64,000 nucleotides of DNA, from NCBI GenBank assembly GCA_051294375.1, contig CM119267.1:177409-241408 (forward strand). The letters run 5' to 3'. Within the stretch, counting starts at the first letter, position 1. The number at the start of each line of letters is the position of its first letter. The notes below the pieces were generated by a model, which made no database searches, was not told the DNA's origin, and was given only the letters and a program-made list of their open reading frames with translations. Source of the DNA: Paraspadella gotoi. Taxonomy: Eukaryota; Animalia; Chaetognatha. This document shows positions 13,000-21,545 of the stretch, in pieces. A program made the translations under genes and the position numbers.

Positions 13000-13183
13000 T
13001 ATGAAATTGGTACAACCAATATAAAAATTATCCATTCATTTAATAAATAAGTTATCTTGCCCCTGACTTGGGACAGGCTTTGGTGGTTTAAGCCCTCCAT
13101 CACTCTTACAAGATAATGACATAGCAGGTCCCCACAAGCTTTCAATCAAAACTCTCTCACAGTCTCGTTTATTCACTCCCAGA
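13000..13183. mobile_element. ~185-bp dispersed repeat, also at 38559-38741 and ~45055-45237
   Basis: Shared ...AAAAATTATCCATTCATTTAATAAATAAG...GGACAGGCTTTGGTGGTTTAAG...CCATCACTCTTACAAGATAATGACATAGC...GTCTCGTTTATTCACTCCCAGA; the 13-kb and 38-kb copies differ by substitutions and have unrelated flanks. Confidence 0.75.
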
Positions 13184-13497
13184 TAACCTGGCTTCCCTAT
13201 CCATATTTAATTTACAACTTTTATACATTAAAGAATATTATAATTATCAAAATGCTCAAATTTCCTAATAGTATAATCTCTTTTCTTCATTTTTTTCGTC
13301 CAAATTTTTAGTTTTTAACAATTTAACAATTTTTAACGCTGGTTGTAAAGTTATCTGTTATACAGGGTAGTGAATCAAAACTTAGAAAATCTGTATCACT
13401 TCATCTTTTTTTTATTCTGTGACGTAACGGGTACATTTAAATAAAAATTTAGAGAATTGACAAAGTTTTTTGTTTGCAACGAATTTTATTTTGATTT

Positions 13498-13541
13498 AAC
13501 AGACATGTTTCGACTTGTTTTTACAAGCCTTCATCAGCGTT
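13498..13541 (-). ncRNA. minimal type I hammerhead ribozyme motif
   Basis: - strand: AACG-CTGATGA-A-GGCTTGT-AAAA-ACAAGTC-GAAA-CATGTC-TGTT; conserved core, 7-bp stem II, palindromic short stem III, 4-bp stem I. Confidence 0.75.
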
Positions 13542-14152
13542 TTGACAGTTAGTTTGAAATTTGTGCATAAGAAGGGAGGAGAGAGAGGGAGAGAGAGAGA
13601 GTAGGTTCAAAGTTTTCCAACAAAGTGGTGAGACAGAATAGTGGTCAGATGAGAGGACAGGTCAAGGTGAGGACAGATTGAATAAGTTGTGAAAAGAAGT
13701 AAAACTTAGAGAGAGAGAGAGAGGGAGAGAAAGAGAGAGACAACTCCTTAAATTTCACTTTATAATCACTTACCTAACACTTAAAAAATTCTCACATTTT
13801 ATTTTCTAAAAATTTCATTTCATTTTTCACTTTCTATCCCTTAGTTAACTATTTATCCATTAGATAATTGTTAAATTTCACTAATTTTAGTTTTTCAAAG
13901 TATTTATCGTTGTTTTACATTGCACAATGTATCATTTATTATTTATTTATCCCTGTTGTCTCTCTCTCTTTCCCTCTCTCTCTCTCTCTCTAAGTTTCAC
14001 TACTTTTCACAACTTATTCAATCTGTCCTCACCTTGACCTGTCCTCTCACTGACCACTATTCTGTCTCACCACTTTGTTGGAAAACTTTCAACCTACTCT
14101 CTCTCTCTCTCTCTCCTCCCTTCTTATGCACAAATTTCAAACTAACTGTCAA

Positions 14153-14196
14153 AACGCTGATGAAGGCTTGTAAAAACAAGTCGAAACATGTCTGTT
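14153..14196 (+). ncRNA. minimal type I hammerhead ribozyme motif
   Basis: CTGATGA at 14157-14163, stem II GGCTTGT/ACAAGTC, GAAA at 14183-14186, GTC triplet ending 14192, stem I AACG/TGTT. Confidence 0.75.
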
Positions 14197-14339
14197 AAAT
14201 CAAAATAAAATTCGTTGCAAACAAAAAACTTTGTCAATTCTCTAATCACTACTAACAACGAAAAAGAAAGGATTACTTCAATAGATACTATAAGGAAAAA
14301 GTTTAAATTGTGATTCAGCAACGAATTTATTTAATAGTA

Positions 14340-14382
14340 AATGGACATGTTTCGGTTCGGTTTACGAACCTTCATCAGCGCA
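14340..14382 (-). ncRNA. minimal type I hammerhead motif in a diverged repeat copy (~14308-14592)
   Basis: - strand GCG-CTGATGA-A-GGTTCG-TAAAC-CGAACC-GAAA-CATGTC; perfect 6-bp stem II of different sequence; stem I weak. Confidence 0.6.
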
Positions 14383-14762
14383 GTTTAAGACAGTTGTGAA
14401 ATATTTAATTATTTGGTGCATAAAGAAGGGAGAGAGAGAGGAAGAGAGAGATAGAGAGCGCAAAGTTTTCCAAAACAGAGTTGAGAAAGGACAGTGGTCA
14501 AATGTGTGAGGACAGGTTAAGTTAAGGACAGAGATGTTGAATTTTTGTGAAGGTAAAGTGAAATGGTGAAAGAGAGAGAGAGAGAGAGAGATATAATACA
14601 TTAAGGCGTAGTGAAAGTTACATACGAAAATTCTAAAAGTCAATTATGAACATCATATATCAGTGAACATTAATTTGTAAAAAAAATTAATTTTATGTTT
14701 TTTAATTTTCGTAGTAGGCTATATTTATATATAGTTATAAAATATAAAAATAAAATATAAAT

Positions 14763-15066
14763 ATTAACAAAGTTTGATTTTATTTTGCAACGAATTTTAT
14801 TTTAAAAGAGCAGACATGTTTCGGCTCACAATACGAGCCTTCATCAGCGCACATGAGTTATGAACTTGATACAAGTTTTTAGTTAAAGTAAAAGAGAGAG
14901 AGAGAGAGAGAGAGAGGGTTAAAGAATTGAGTAAGGACAGTGATCAGTAGTGAGGACAGATTTTTTGAGCCGAAACATGTCTGCTCTTTTAAAATAAAAT
15001 TCGTTGCAAAATAAAATCAAACTTTGTTAATCTCTCAAACAACGAAAAAGAAAGGATAATTACCAT
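14763..15066. mobile_element. Penelope-like inverted pseudo-LTR insertion with a candidate 10-bp target-site duplication
   Basis: - strand piece 14763-14960 plus + strand piece ~14966-15066; AAATATAAAT flanks both sides (14753-14762 and 15067-15076). Confidence 0.65.
14810..14850 (-). ncRNA. minimal type I hammerhead ribozyme motif
   Basis: - strand GCG-CTGATGA-A-GGCTCG-TATTG-TGAGCC-GAAA-CATGTC-TGC; stem I GCG/TGC; truncated + strand copy at 14966-14984. Confidence 0.7.
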
Positions 15067-15802
15067 AAATATAAATTCGAAAAATTTCAAAATAAGCTTT
15101 TCTTAATTTTGATTGCAGATTTGAATTCCTCATCAAAAGTTAAAAGAAAATATAAATCATTTTTAAAAATTCTTTCATTAAGTGGGTTAATAATTAAAAA
15201 AATTATATTTAATATATAAGTTTATTTTCAGCTTAAAATATAGCTTTTTCCAAATTTTTACCCACTTAATGAAGGAATTTTTTAAAAAGAGTTATATTTC
15301 TTTTTATCAACTTTTTATGACGAATCCAAATCTGCAAAAAAATCTGAGAAAAAAACTGTTTTGAAATTTTAACATTTATTGGTTAAGTACTAGTATAAAT
15401 ATGGCCTACTGCGTAAATTGTAAAATTTATTATAATTTTTTTTATTACATAAATGTTCATTAATATAATGATGTTCGTTCCTCACTTTTAGAATTTTAAT
15501 TAAAGTTAAATTTAGAAATTTTACTACGCCTTAATAATACATTATACAATGTAAAAATAGTGTAGGCTTAAGTAATAACAATTAACTGCTAATAAATTAA
15601 ATTAGGTTAAATTAGTGATTTTGAAATAGTTTTGGTTTAATTAATAAATTAATTAATTACCGCTAATGATCGTGGGCAGATCCGACATTGTTTGCTAAAA
15701 CTTGTTACAATACAAATTTAGAAATAACAAATTCTAGGTCTTATAATAATATTTTTTTTTATTTTCCTTTCATTTCTTTGGTGTAAATTTAAACAAGAGA
15801 AA

Positions 15803-15965
15803 AGATTGAATTTCAAAACGAATTTTTTGTTTTAAATTTGCATACATGTTCTGAATAGTTTTCTATGCATGGTCAGTGAAAAAACATTTTATGAAAGTAG
15901 AATGAAAAGCTATTTGAAAAATGTATGCAAATTAAAAACAAAAAATTTGTTGTAAAGTTCAATCT
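15803..15965. mobile_element. short palindromic MITE-like element
   Basis: AGATTGAATTTCAAAACGAATTTTTTGTTTTAAATTTGCATACAT mirrored by ATGTATGCAAATTAAAAACAAAAAATTTGTTGTAAAGTTCAATCT. Confidence 0.6.
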
Positions 15966-16149
15966 AGAAAATAGAATATAAAATTCGTAAAGCCAATGTT
16001 AAAATTACCTATTAAATCGATATTTGAATCCTTCCAAGGGAAACTCAAAAGCATTGCCGCTTAGTGTACTTTTTAAAGGGTGCCCTTTCTGTAACTTTCT
16101 GCCAAAAATAGACTGCACTTGATAGTCACTTCATGAAGATGACTTTTAG

Positions 16150-16215
16150 GAAGAGGGTGTAGAAGACGAAAATAATAATAATAAAAGTGAGGAGAAGGTG
16201 AAGAATTGTGACGAT
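16150..16215 (+). CDS. candidate 66-bp exon (EEGVEDENNNNKSEEKVKNCDD)
   Basis: TTTTAG acceptor (weak), GAT|GTAAGA donor, phase 0-0, compatible with the exon at 16611. Confidence 0.3.
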
Positions 16216-16610
16216 GTAAGAGAAGTAGAAAAGAAGTGAGACTAGCTCTCTCCTGATCCACTTTTATCATCGCCCGGACCAACTTGACCTTACGGTCGCC
16301 TCGGCCCTATTACTGTGTCCGGTCAATCTAAGGTCATTGCCAAAGCTAGGGCAAACTGACCGTGTGGAATAGACCGGCTCAAAGAAAGAGGAGAGAGGAA
16401 GGGTTTAGAGAGAGAGACCGGTGGTAAGTCGCCTCAAGGGCGTCCTTTTTTTGGAGCAAGCTTCTGGGTTGTTCTTCTTTTTTATGGTTGGGAAAAGTTA
16501 ATGATAATTAAATATCATACTTAATTTAAACCTAGGATATGCTTTAATGTACTTACAATATAATGTTGAATACTTTTATAACTTTATATCTTATTATTTA
16601 TTCACAACAG

Positions 16611-19600
16611 AAAAACCTGAATGGAGAAACGGCCCCCCCATTTAAAAGTAAGGAAAATGAAGAAATTACTAAGTTACGCTCAAAACTTGATGAGCTCCAG
16701 CTGCCAAAGGACTTGCAAAAAGTAATTATAGATGAGGAGGAGTTCAATACCTTGCATTTATTTGCTGAAATTACGCCAGATGACATTGAAGAAATGTTCA
16801 AAAAAATTGGCTTGTCACGGGGTAAAAAGAAAAGACTTGACAATGCCATAGCAGAAGTGAAAAAGTATTTGAACAAAAATGATGAGGTGACTAAAGCATC
16901 GTCTAAAATATTTCCCTCTGACAATCAAGATGATGAAGCTGATGAATATGTAGATGCAAGCAATGAAATTCCTAAAGTAGAAAAAGGCAAAAATACCGAA
17001 CCAATTGATGTGAGTTATCTTAAGTCAAGTTCAGTTGAAAAAGAGGTTCATCTTCAACCTGGAAAGTATTTGGTAAAGAACACCTCTAAAACAAGCATTC
17101 AGTTGAAGTGGAACACAGAAAATTCCAATCATGGTGCAGCGTACTCAGTGGCATGGCAAAAAGAAACATCAAATTTATTAGATTATCTACACCGAGAAAA
17201 AGAGAAAACTAGCATCAATGAATGTGAAACGACCATAGACAATCTAGATACTCTAAGGAAGTATACCTTCACAATCAAGGAAATATATCTAAAAGAAAAG
17301 TCAAACACTATTAAAACACAACCGATTTTAATTGGTACTAAACCTACCTCACTTGAATGGGTCAATGTGGATAATTCAAAGGGTATACGAAATGGCAATA
17401 AAATCAAATTTACATGTAGAGCACCAGTTGACTTTGGAGGATTTGATAGCTTAAAGTATAATGTTGAAATCTGGTATCCAGATAAAAAGGAGAGGGTTTA
17501 TCATGATTGCTATGATTCAAAGTCTCTTTACGGTGTAGAAAGTTTTGAAAACAATTTATCAGATAAGTTTGGAAGGTGTGTTTTGAGAGTAAAGGCAGGA
17601 AACAGTATAGGAGACACCAATTGGCTGTTAAGTGAGATTTTCCTTGCAGGAAGGATTCCAGAGCAGCCTCAGGAGCCATTGTGCGTGAGAGTTGGCCGAA
17701 ATATGTTGAGTGTATCATGGAAAGCACCTTTGGAAAATGGAGGTTACCCTGTTATGAATTATCATGTCTCTATTTTTGAGAATGATACAAAAAGGTTAGA
17801 GACTAAATTTTGTCCAACAACGGCAGTTGAGTTTTTTAATATATCTAGTGGAATTTGGAATGTAGAAATCAGTGCCAATACTGAATTTGGCATGGGTCTT
17901 CCTTTAAGGCTTAAAAAAATATATGTAGGCTCAATTCCTGATAAACCTCAAGATTGTAAGTTGAGCTACACAAGAAATAGTGTAACACTGACTTGGGATG
18001 AGCCGAAAGACAATGGTGGTTTACCATTGATACGCTATGATATTGCTTACAGTATTCTGGATAACAAAGACACAAAAACTTGGCTTTCTGCTGATTCTGT
18101 TGATGCACATTTAAAACGATTCACACTACCTAACATTCCAGAAAGGCAGGAGATTCAACTAAAAATACGAGCCACTAATCCCATTGGTACAAGTGATTGG
18201 TACGAAACCCCAAGCATATTTACATCAGATAAACCACAGGCACCACAGGGACCGCTAAACATATTTTGTGTATCTCCTTCTTTGTTAAGTCTTAGTTGGA
18301 AACCTCCAGTAGATGATGGTGCTGCAGATATTATGCATTACAATGTGAACCTTTTTCTACAAACTGATGAATGCAATTCCAACTGGAAAGAATTGGCAAA
18401 AGAACAAACAGAAAAAGAAGAATTAATGATTGAAGTTCCCCATATACCCAATACAGTCCAACTTCAGTGCACAGTTGCTGCCTGCAACCGAAATGGAGTC
18501 GGAGAAAGACTAAGATCTCATCCACTATACATGGTCTGTCCTCCTTCAGCTCCTCTTGGACCAATACAATTCAGTGACTTAACTAGGAATTCCGTTCTGC
18601 TGCATTGGACCAAGCCCGAGCAAGATGGAGGAGATGATTGTTTAAAATATGAAATACAACATAAAATAGCAGGTGATAAAAAGTGGATTATGTCTGAATT
18701 TAAATTGAATAACTCTGCAGCATTGGTAGAAAATTTGCCAAATGGCAAAGAAATGACATTTGCTGTGACTGCAATAAATCGAAATCTTGGCAAAAGTGAA
18801 AAATTATTGTCAGAGCCTATTATCATTGCTGGTCTACCTGACCCTCCCAGTAAACTAACAGTACAGAAGATGAAAAGTGACATATTCAACTTGTCCTGGA
18901 CCCAAGTAAAAAACGATGGTGGCCTACCAATTATAAAGTATGAAGTTTGGTACAAAGGTGCAAAAACAAATTGGAATTTATTGAGCACTACAAAAGATTT
19001 TAATTTGGATAATATTAAAATGAATCGAGGAGAGACCTGCACCTTTGGAATTAAATCTTGTAATGAGAGAGGGAAAAGCGAATTGGCAACAACGGATCCA
19101 TCTCCAGTTGGAAGTTCCCCTTCTGCAATCAGTCAAGACTCAATCGTAATTAAACCCTCAAGAGACTCATGTGAGATCACTTGGAATTATCCTGCAGATG
19201 ATGGTGGTTTTCCAGTGCAGCTTTACACAGTACAAAGTTTAGTAGAGGATGAAAAAAACTGGCAGTCAATACCAGCATCATTCTCTAATGAAAAAGCTGT
19301 CATAGAAAACCTTATTCCAGGAAAACAATACTTCTTCCGCATTTCAGCTAAAAACATTATTGGTTGTGGTGAATCAACCATTACAAAAGATCCTGTTGCA
19401 ATTGGAGGTCCACCCTCTGAGCCTCTAGGGCCAGTAAAAATCCGTGAGGTTACTCCAGAAAATTTGATTAAACTAGAATGGCAACCACCAAAATACTCTG
19501 GTGGCTTCCAACCAATTTACAAGTTAGCTTTGCTCACAAAAGAAAATATTCAACCAGTGAAAGAGATTGTTGATACAAATTCTTTTGAACTTATGCTGAA

Positions 19601-21545
19601 AAAATATGGTTTGGAGTTTGGAGAAAGATTGCATCTAGAAATTATCGCGATCAATTCATGTGGTGCAAGTGACAAGTTTACTTCCCATGAAATCTTACTT
19701 TCAGGACCACCTGATTCGCCAACTTTCTTCGAGATTCCTGATGATGATTTGACCGATAATTCAGCTACTTTAACCTGGAAATGCCCAGACTTTGACGGGG
19801 GAGCTTCTATTGTAAACTATGTTCTTGAGTCCAGAAAGCGGGGAGAAATTGATTGGAAACTAGTTAAAGATAACATTGATTCGGCAGAAACTTCGACAAC
19901 CGTTCACGGTTTGGAGCTTCGAAGTACTTACGAATTTCGTTTGTGTGCTGAAAACTCGGTGGGGAAGAGCAAATTTGTAAATCACCCAGCGGTGGTGCTG
20001 CCTCACCCTGCACAGAGATTGATGAAAAAATGTGAAAAGATAAACGAAATTCCAGGCCATCCATCTGTTTACTTGTTACCAGTGGATGAAGTTGCTGCTA
20101 AGGGTGAAATGCAGAAATTTCAGATAAATGTTTCTTCAGATGGATCAGGTTCTTCATCCATTTTAAATCCCAAAGAAAAAGTTCTTCTAGTAGTTGGGGA
20201 AACTGGGGGTGGGAAAAGTACTTTTATAAATGGATTAATAAACCATGCTTATGGTGTTCAATTTGACGATTCCTTTAGGTTTAAACTGATAAGAGATTCA
20301 ACAAATCAAACAGTGAGCCAAACAAAAAACATTTCCGCCTACGTTATTCCAAAAGAAAAAGGCAGCATTTTAGATTTTACACTTACAGTGATAGACACTC
20401 CCGGTTTTGGTGATACAAATGGAATTGAAAGAGATAGGGAAATTGAAAATCAATTAAGAGATTTTTTTAAAAACCAAGAAGGGTGTGGCGTTGATCAAGT
20501 CCATGCTATTTGTTTCATTGTACAGGCCTCTCACGCAAGACTTACACCTGCCCAGACTTACATCTTTTCATCCATTCTTGCAATGTTTGGAAAAGATACT
20601 GCAAAAAACTTTTTGATTCTTTTCACGTTTGCTGATGCTATTGAACCACCAGCTTTAGGAGCTGTAAAGGAAGCGAAAATTCCATTCAAAACCACATTTA
20701 AACTTAACAACAGTGCTCTATACTGCAACAATACAAGTAAAGATCATTCTACAAAGTTCAATGAAATGTTCTGGACAATGGGAATGGAAAGTTATAATGA
20801 ACTGTTTAAACAAATGGAAACTATGGAACCAGTTAGTTTATCATTAACACAAGAGGTTATGGAAACTCGTGAATCTTTAGAAAAATTGCTTGAGGAGCTG
20901 ATCAAAAGACAAAAAACTGGATTGGATATTTTAAATGAATGCAAACAAGAGTATGATGTCATTATGAAACATCAGAGGGATATAAATGACAATAAAAGTT
21001 TTGAATACGAAGTTGACAAAACAGAATTTGAAAAAATTAAAACAGACCCCGGAACTTATGATACAAACTGTTTAATTTGTCAAACCACCTGTCATTACCC
21101 ATGTCTCATTCCTAATGATGACCAAAAATTTAATTGTGCTTCAATGGATAGAAAAAGTAATCCAACCAATCCCAGCTGTGTTGTCTGTCCAGGAAAGTGC
21201 AACTGGCAAGAACACAACAATGTGGGTTACAAGATTGTTTCCAAAGTTGTGAAAAAGAAACAAACATATGCTGAAATGCAGCAAAAATACAAATGTGCTT
21301 TGGATGGGAAAGTTACAGCAGAAAAGCTGTTGGAAAAAGTTAAAACTCGTTTTATCGATGCCGAAAAAGAAGTACTGCGTGTGATTAATGATACTAACAA
21401 AACGCTTAAGCATTTGGCAGATATCGCTTTAAGGAAACACGAGCTCACCACCGTGAAACACATTGAGCTTTTGATTTGCTTAAATGTAGATCATGACACC
21501 AATTATCCTGCTCTTTTAACACTTATAATTCAATGTATTAATTAG
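16611..21545 (+). CDS. SAM-like domain + 10 fibronectin type III domains + AIG1/septin-like (TRAFAC) P-loop GTPase + Cys-rich/coiled-coil C-terminus, single large exon; sequence after ~21475 probably artefactual
   Basis: 1660-aa ORF entered at acceptor TTCACAACAG|16611. SAM-like EEEFNTLHLFAEITPDDIEEMFKKIGLSRGKKKRLDNAI (~16670-16870). Ten FN3 repeats with P..P.GP, W..P..DGG..I..Y and A.N..G motifs (~17045-20000). G1 GETGGGKST (20196), G2 SQT, G3 DTPG (20394), G4-like FTFAD. CLICQTTCHYPC...CVVCPGKCNWQEH (~21066-21219). Confidence 0.92.
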   Translation, partial: KNLNGETAPPFKSKENEEITKLRSKLDELQLPKDLQKVIIDEEEFNTLHLFAEITPDDIEEMFKKIGLSRGKKKRLDNAIAEVKKYLNKNDEVTKASSKIFPSDNQDDEADEYVDASNEIPKVEKGKNTEPIDVSYLKSSSVEKEVHLQPGKYLVKNTSKTSIQLKWNTENSNHGAAYSVAWQKETSNLLDYLHREKEKTSINECETTIDNLDTLRKYTFTIKEIYLKEKSNTIKTQPILIGTKPTSLEWVNVDNSKGIRNGNKIKFTCRAPVDFGGFDSLKYNVEIWYPDKKERVYHDCYDSKSLYGVESFENNLSDKFGRCVLRVKAGNSIGDTNWLLSEIFLAGRIPEQPQEPLCVRVGRNMLSVSWKAPLENGGYPVMNYHVSIFENDTKRLETKFCPTTAVEFFNISSGIWNVEISANTEFGMGLPLRLKKIYVGSIPDKPQDCKLSYTRNSVTLTWDEPKDNGGLPLIRYDIAYSILDNKDTKTWLSADSVDAHLKRFTLPNIPERQEIQLKIRATNPIGTSDWYETPSIFTSDKPQAPQGPLNIFCVSPSLLSLSWKPPVDDGAADIMHYNVNLFLQTDECNSNWKELAKEQTEKEELMIEVPHIPNTVQLQCTVAACNRNGVGERLRSHPLYMVCPPSAPLGPIQFSDLTRNSVLLHWTKPEQDGGDDCLKYEIQHKIAGDKKWIMSEFKLNNSAALVENLPNGKEMTFAVTAINRNLGKSEKLLSEPIIIAGLPDPPSKLTVQKMKSDIFNLSWTQVKNDGGLPIIKYEVWYKGAKTNWNLLSTTKDFNLDNIKMNRGETCTFGIKSCNERGKSELATTDPSPVGSSPSAISQDSIVIKPSRDSCEITWNYPADDGGFPVQLYTVQSLVEDEKNWQSIPASFSNEKAVIENLIPGKQYFFRISAKNIIGCGESTITKDPVAIGGPPSEPLGPVKIREVTPENLIKLEWQPPKYSGGFQPIYKLALLTKENIQPVKEIVDTNSFELMLKKYGLEFGERLHLEIIAINSCGASDKFTSHEILLSGPPDSPTFFEIPDDDLTDNSATLTWKCPDFDGGASIVNYVLESRKRGEIDWKLVKDNIDSAETSTTVHGLELRSTYEFRLCAENSVGKSKFVNHPAVVLPHPAQRLMKKCEKINEIPGHPSVYLLPVDEVAAKGEMQKFQINVSSDGSGSSSILNPKEKVLLVVGETGGGKSTFINGLINHAYGVQFDDSFRFKLIRDSTNQTVSQTKNISAYVIPKEKGSILDFTLTVIDTPGFGDTNGIERDREIENQLRDFFKNQEGCGVDQVHAICFIVQASHARLTPAQTYIFSSILAMFGKDTAKNFLILFTFADAIEPPALGAVKEAKIPFKTTFKLNNSALYCNNTSKDHSTKFNEMFWTMGMESYNELFKQMETMEPVSLSLTQEVMETRESLEKLLEELIKRQKTGLDILNECKQEYDVIMKHQRDINDNKSFEYEVDKTEFEKIKTDPGTYDTNCLICQTTCHYPCLIPNDDQKFNCASMDRKSNPTNPSCVVCPGKCNWQEHNNVGYKIVSKVVKKKQTYAEMQQKYKCALDGKVTAEKLLEKVKTRFIDAEKEVLRVINDTNKTLKHLADIALRKHELTTVKHIELLICLNVDHDTNYPALLTLIIQCIN

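Larger units (their letters stand above)
13449..14283. mobile_element. Penelope-like inverted pseudo-LTR pair (arms ~13449-13744 and ~13955-14245), one hammerhead motif per arm
   Basis: ~290-bp near-perfect inverted repeat with (GA)n tracts; right arm continues into tail AACAACGAAAAAGAAAGGAT, which recurs at ~15038-15058. Confidence 0.75.
14600..15536. mobile_element. palindromic fold-back/MITE-like element (centre ~15225), interrupted by the 14763-15066 insertion
   Basis: Mirror pairs: ATTAAGGCGTAGT / ACTACGCCTTAAT, TTGCAGATTTGAATTCCTCAT / ATGACGAATCCAAATCTGCAA, TTCATTAAGTGGGT / ACCCACTTAATGAA. Confidence 0.7.

Noticed and set aside
16611-20000. Titin/twitchin/projectin call
   Set aside because: FN3 units are titin-like, but there are no Ig domains or kinase and they are followed by a P-loop GTPase.
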